Shown in pieces: positions 61,044-64,000 of a stretch of 64,000 nucleotides of DNA. Below the pieces are notes generated by a model that saw only the letters and a list, made by a program, of their open reading frames with translations, was not told the DNA's origin and did no database searches. Source of the stretch: Candidatus Aminicenantes bacterium. GTDB taxonomy: Bacteria > Acidobacteriota > Aminicenantia > Aminicenantales > Aminicenantaceae. Within the stretch, counting starts at the first letter, position 1. Each line of letters opens with the position of its first letter. Where the stretch lies: assembly GCA_021162615.1 (NCBI GenBank), contig JAGGYH010000018.1, forward strand, positions 8,501 to 72,500, in the 5' to 3' direction. The position numbers and the translations under genes were made by a program.

Positions 61044-64000
61044 TTGCGAAAATTATTTAGTGTTTTATGTGTGTTGTTACTTGTTTCACCTCTGATTATG
61101 GCACAGCAGAGAACCGGAGATATTTTCGGAAAAGTCCTTGACACAGAAGGCAATCCTCTGCCGGGCGTTACGGTCACACTGACCGGTACAAAGACAGCTC
61201 CTATGACCTCCATCACGTCAAATACGGGTGATTTCAGATTCATCTCTCTGGCTCCTGCTAATGACTACACAGTCAAAGCCGAGCTGGAAGGCTTCAGAAC
61301 CTCCATAAAGGAGAACGTCATTGTTGTTGTCGGTTCGAGTGTCGAGATCAACCTTGAGATGGAAATGGGAGCTTTGGAAGAGGCTGTGACAGTCACAGCT
61401 GTGACCCCGATCGTTGATACAAAGAAGACAGAAGTGGGCCAGAACGTAACCCATGAGATCCTTCAGTCTCTGCCGACAGCGAGAGACCCGTGGGTCATCC
61501 TTCAGATGGCGCCCTCCATTCTGCTTGACAGAGAGAATGTGGGCGGATCAGAATCCGGGCAGCAGTCTGGATTTGCGTCCCGCGGAGCGCCGGATGATGC
61601 CCAGACCGTGTGGAACATGGACGGAACGGTCATCACAGACCCGGCTGCTATCGGAGCATCGCCGAGTTATTATGACTTTGATGCTTTTGAAGAGATGAAG
61701 GTCACGGTGGGCGGTTCGGACGTGACCACACAGACAGGCGGCGTTTCCATCAACCTGGTGACCCGTCGAGGCGGGAACAAAGTGAGCCTGGGCGGACGTT
61801 TCTATTTTACTGATGAGAAGTTCCAGGCCGCCAACGAAGACTTTGTGGCAGAGACCCAAGCCGAAGAGCCTGGATTCCGAGGGATCAACAGAGTGCAGAA
61901 CATCAAGGACTATGGATTCAATATGGGTGTTCCCATATGGAAAGACCACATCTGGCTGTGGGGTTCTTACGGTGTTCAGGACATCAAGACCAGAACAGTG
62001 TACGGCAGGGCGGATGACACACTGCTGCAGAACTATGCGTTCAAGCTGAATGCCCAGATCATTCCTGAGAACCGCTTCGAAGCTTTCATGCATGTAGGCG
62101 GCAAGAACAAGTGGGGACGTTCTTCCAGCGCAAGCCTTCCCGGCGGATATTATCAGGCAGGAAGGTATCATTTTGGGAGTCCTATCTACAAACTTCAGGA
62201 TGAGCACATGTTCGGGAACAATTTCTTCCTGTCTATTCAGTATACGTTCTCTGATTCAGGATTCAGCCTGACTCCTATGGACGACCGGGATTTTGAGAAT
62301 CCTTCCTGGTATGATCAGACCAATGACATCTGGGAAGGTCCTGACGGTGACACAGGTGAATGGCGCTATTATGTGGAACGTCCTGTGAGCCAGTATGTAG
62401 CCAGAGGCACCTATTTCAATGACAGCTTCCTTGGCGCAAGCCACGAGATCCTGTTCGGGGCCGAGTATGCCGCAAGACGCGCCTACACCGAATCCGTTTA
62501 TACCGGTAATTTCATAGCCTATTGGAATCTGAATTATGATACTCTTGACTGGAACGGCGACGGCGTTCCTTCAGAAGCCGAGAACCCAGCTGGCCTCAAA
62601 TACTTTGACTTTTTCAGAGGATATTACAGAGATTATGGTGTGGATGCCTATGCCTTTTATCTGAGAGACACCGTGACATTCGGGCGGTTCACCATGCTTC
62701 TGGGCTTAAGATATGACCAGCAGCAGCCTTATGTCGCTCCTATTGACATTTCAGCGGTCACTGATAATCCGGCATGGGATGAGATCGCAGCCCCAGATGT
62801 GCAGTCCGCATTGGATGCCCTGCTTCCGGCCGCTTCTATTGATGAAGTCACAGCCTATGACAAGAACGGGGATCCTTACTGGTGGAAGACATTCTCCCCC
62901 AGGATCGGAATCACCTATGACATCACAGGCGACGGAAAGACCATTGCCAAACTGTCTATGGGCCAGTATGGAAACTTCATGGGAATGATGGCCGGTAACT
63001 GGATGCCTGGCGGAACAAGCGGATGGATGGATTTCTACTGGAAGGACAACGGCGACAACGTGATGCAGCTCAACGAGCTCTACTGGGGTACGGTCGGAGA
63101 CGGATTGTACACGCCTTACCAGGTCTTTCCCGGCGGCACTTTTGCTGGTAACTTAAGCGATGCAGCCGGATATTATTATGGAAGCTATGATCCCGCTAAC
63201 CCGCAGAGTTTTACAGATCCTTACCGCTCTTATGAGCCGGATGCGCAGTCTTCAAGGACTTCGGAAGTGATTCTGACCCTTCAAAGAGAAGTGCTTCCTG
63301 ATTTCGGCATATCCGTTAACGCCACCTACCGAAGATATGACAAAAACAACTGGTCACCCAAACACTTTGTGGATGCCAGCGGAAATGCCTACCGGTTTGA
63401 ATGTCAGGACTGGTATGTGCAGGCTCCCAGCCTCCCGTCCAGTATTGATGTGAGCGGATATGACACCCCGTGGGATGGTGACATGGGCGAGGCTGATGAT
63501 CATCCTTATTACTACACCACCAACAGCTACAACGGTTATGACCCCTCTGCATATTCCCCTTATGACCGCGTGATGAAAAGACCCGATTATTATCAGGATT
63601 ACTGGGGATTTGACCTTATCTTCAACAAGAGACTTTCCAACAGATGGATGGTGAACGGAAGCTTCACCTTCCAGAACCAGAAAGTCCATTACGGAGACGA
63701 AGGCTACATGAGCGCGACAAACCTGTGGGCTCTGGACAATAGAGTCTACTCACCCTATCAGGGCGGAGCCTCTGGAAAGATCAACCAGTACACCTATTCC
63801 CCGTGGATGCTCAAAGTCGCAGGGCTCTACCAGCTTCCCTATGGTGTCAATGTATCCTTCAACTTCCAAGCGAGAGACGGATGGCTGATAAGAGACCAGG
63901 TTACTGTATATGACTATAGAATTCCAAACTCGAGAAGCCGTTCCCATACTCTTTATTTGAAAGAGTTTGGAAATGAGTCCCTTCCTGTATTCTACAAGCT
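61044..64000 (+). CDS. CarboxypepD_reg-domain / TonB-dependent-receptor-like outer-membrane protein, 5' part (runs off the right window edge)
   Basis: Not in the ORF track (no stop in the window). TTG 61044 follows AAGGAGG (61031-61037). Translation: LRKLFSVLCVLLLVSPLIMAQQRTGDIFGKVLDTEGNPLPGVTVTLTG...GDFRFISLAPANDYTVKAELEGF (CarboxypepD_reg), then a plug-like segment ...LPTARDPWVILQMAPS...SINLVTRRGGN... The frame was spot-checked open at 61860-62280 and 63900-64000. Confidence 0.8.
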   Translation, partial: MRKLFSVLCVLLLVSPLIMAQQRTGDIFGKVLDTEGNPLPGVTVTLTGTKTAPMTSITSNTGDFRFISLAPANDYTVKAELEGFRTSIKENVIVVVGSSVEINLEMEMGALEEAVTVTAVTPIVDTKKTEVGQNVTHEILQSLPTARDPWVILQMAPSILLDRENVGGSESGQQSGFASRGAPDDAQTVWNMDGTVITDPAAIGASPSYYDFDAFEEMKVTVGGSDVTTQTGGVSINLVTRRGGNKVSLGGRFYFTDEKFQAANEDFVAETQAEEPGFRGINRVQNIKDYGFNMGVPIWKDHIWLWGSYGVQDIKTRTVYGRADDTLLQNYAFKLNAQIIPENRFEAFMHVGGKNKWGRSSSASLPGGYYQAGRYHFGSPIYKLQDEHMFGNNFFLSIQYTFSDSGFSLTPMDDRDFENPSWYDQTNDIWEGPDGDTGEWRYYVERPVSQYVARGTYFNDSFLGASHEILFGAEYAARRAYTESVYTGNFIAYWNLNYDTLDWNGDGVPSEAENPAGLKYFDFFRGYYRDYGVDAYAFYLRDTVTFGRFTMLLGLRYDQQQPYVAPIDISAVTDNPAWDEIAAPDVQSALDALLPAASIDEVTAYDKNGDPYWWKTFSPRIGITYDITGDGKTIAKLSMGQYGNFMGMMAGNWMPGGTSGWMDFYWKDNGDNVMQLNELYWGTVGDGLYTPYQVFPGGTFAGNLSDAAGYYYGSYDPANPQSFTDPYRSYEPDAQSSRTSEVILTLQREVLPDFGISVNATYRRYDKNNWSPKHFVDASGNAYRFECQDWYVQAPSLPSSIDVSGYDTPWDGDMGEADDHPYYYTTNSYNGYDPSAYSPYDRVMKRPDYYQDYWGFDLIFNKRLSNRWMVNGSFTFQNQKVHYGDEGYMSATNLWALDNRVYSPYQGGASGKINQYTYSPWMLKVAGLYQLPYGVNVSFNFQARDGWLIRDQVTVYDYRIPNSRSRSHTLYLKEFGNESLPVFYK

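Noticed and set aside
1-64000. Search for tRNA, rRNA, tmRNA, RNase P and SRP RNA genes in intergenic regions
   Set aside because: None recognised by eye. This is a weak negative, and tRNAscan-SE and Infernal should be run, especially on 779-1216, 17987-18167, 44386-44619 and 60727-61043.

Overview
64-kb bacterial chromosomal window, densely coding, with about 45 protein genes on both strands. I saw no rRNA, tRNA or CRISPR array by eye. All functional calls come from motif recognition in the translations and manual alignment, not from database searches.

**Main content: secreted or lipoprotein hydrolases**
- Two paralogous tricorn-type proteases (1247-4504, 35180-38452).
- Three M28/PA aminopeptidases: 1-778 (partial, missing from the ORF track), 54109-55608, and one fused to an M19 dipeptidase (30190-32823).
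- An M14 carboxypeptidase translationally coupled to a catalytically degenerate M14 paralogue (44621-48408).
- GH78 and GH2 glycosidases and a BNR/sortilin-like protein.
- Housekeeping-type genes: ornithine carbamoyltransferase, SDR epimerases, aldo/keto reductase, GNAT, PilZ.

**Notable modules**
- A convergent pair of reductive-dehalogenase homologues with different predicted topologies, plus a mini RdhB-like ORF (7347-10330).
- A visibly AT-richer accessory stretch (about 15.2-24.7 kb) with several IS relics. It holds a 2.4-kb segment bracketed by 192-bp inverted repeats that carries two orphan genes, and an islet of bicupin, cupin-gluconolactonase fusion, Tat-DUF362 and BASS transporter.
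- An alpha-oxoamine synthase / CPBP / SDR operon, with a second AOS paralogue elsewhere.
- Tandem beta-barrel OMP paralogues next to a glucuronokinase-like GHMP kinase.
- A Thr-type sulfatase-fold protein plus GT-C glycosyltransferase operon bracketed by direct repeats.
- A partial CarboxypepD_reg/TonB-receptor-like gene running off the right edge (61044 onward).

**Repeats**
- Intergenic DNA carries a MITE-like repeat family with TIR roughly TTAACCTGAYCTATTCAT. Full 86-89-bp copies lie at 4577-4662 and 52645-52733, with shorter or nested copies elsewhere. The family appears related to the end of a degenerate IS derivative at 17745-17986.
- A separate 234-bp element has 30-bp terminal inverted repeats (44386-44619).

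**Likely source organism**
The TIGR03436-like VWA protein, the CarboxypepD_reg receptor and the periplasmic tricorn proteases suggest an Acidobacteriota/Aminicenantes-like organism. This is inference only.
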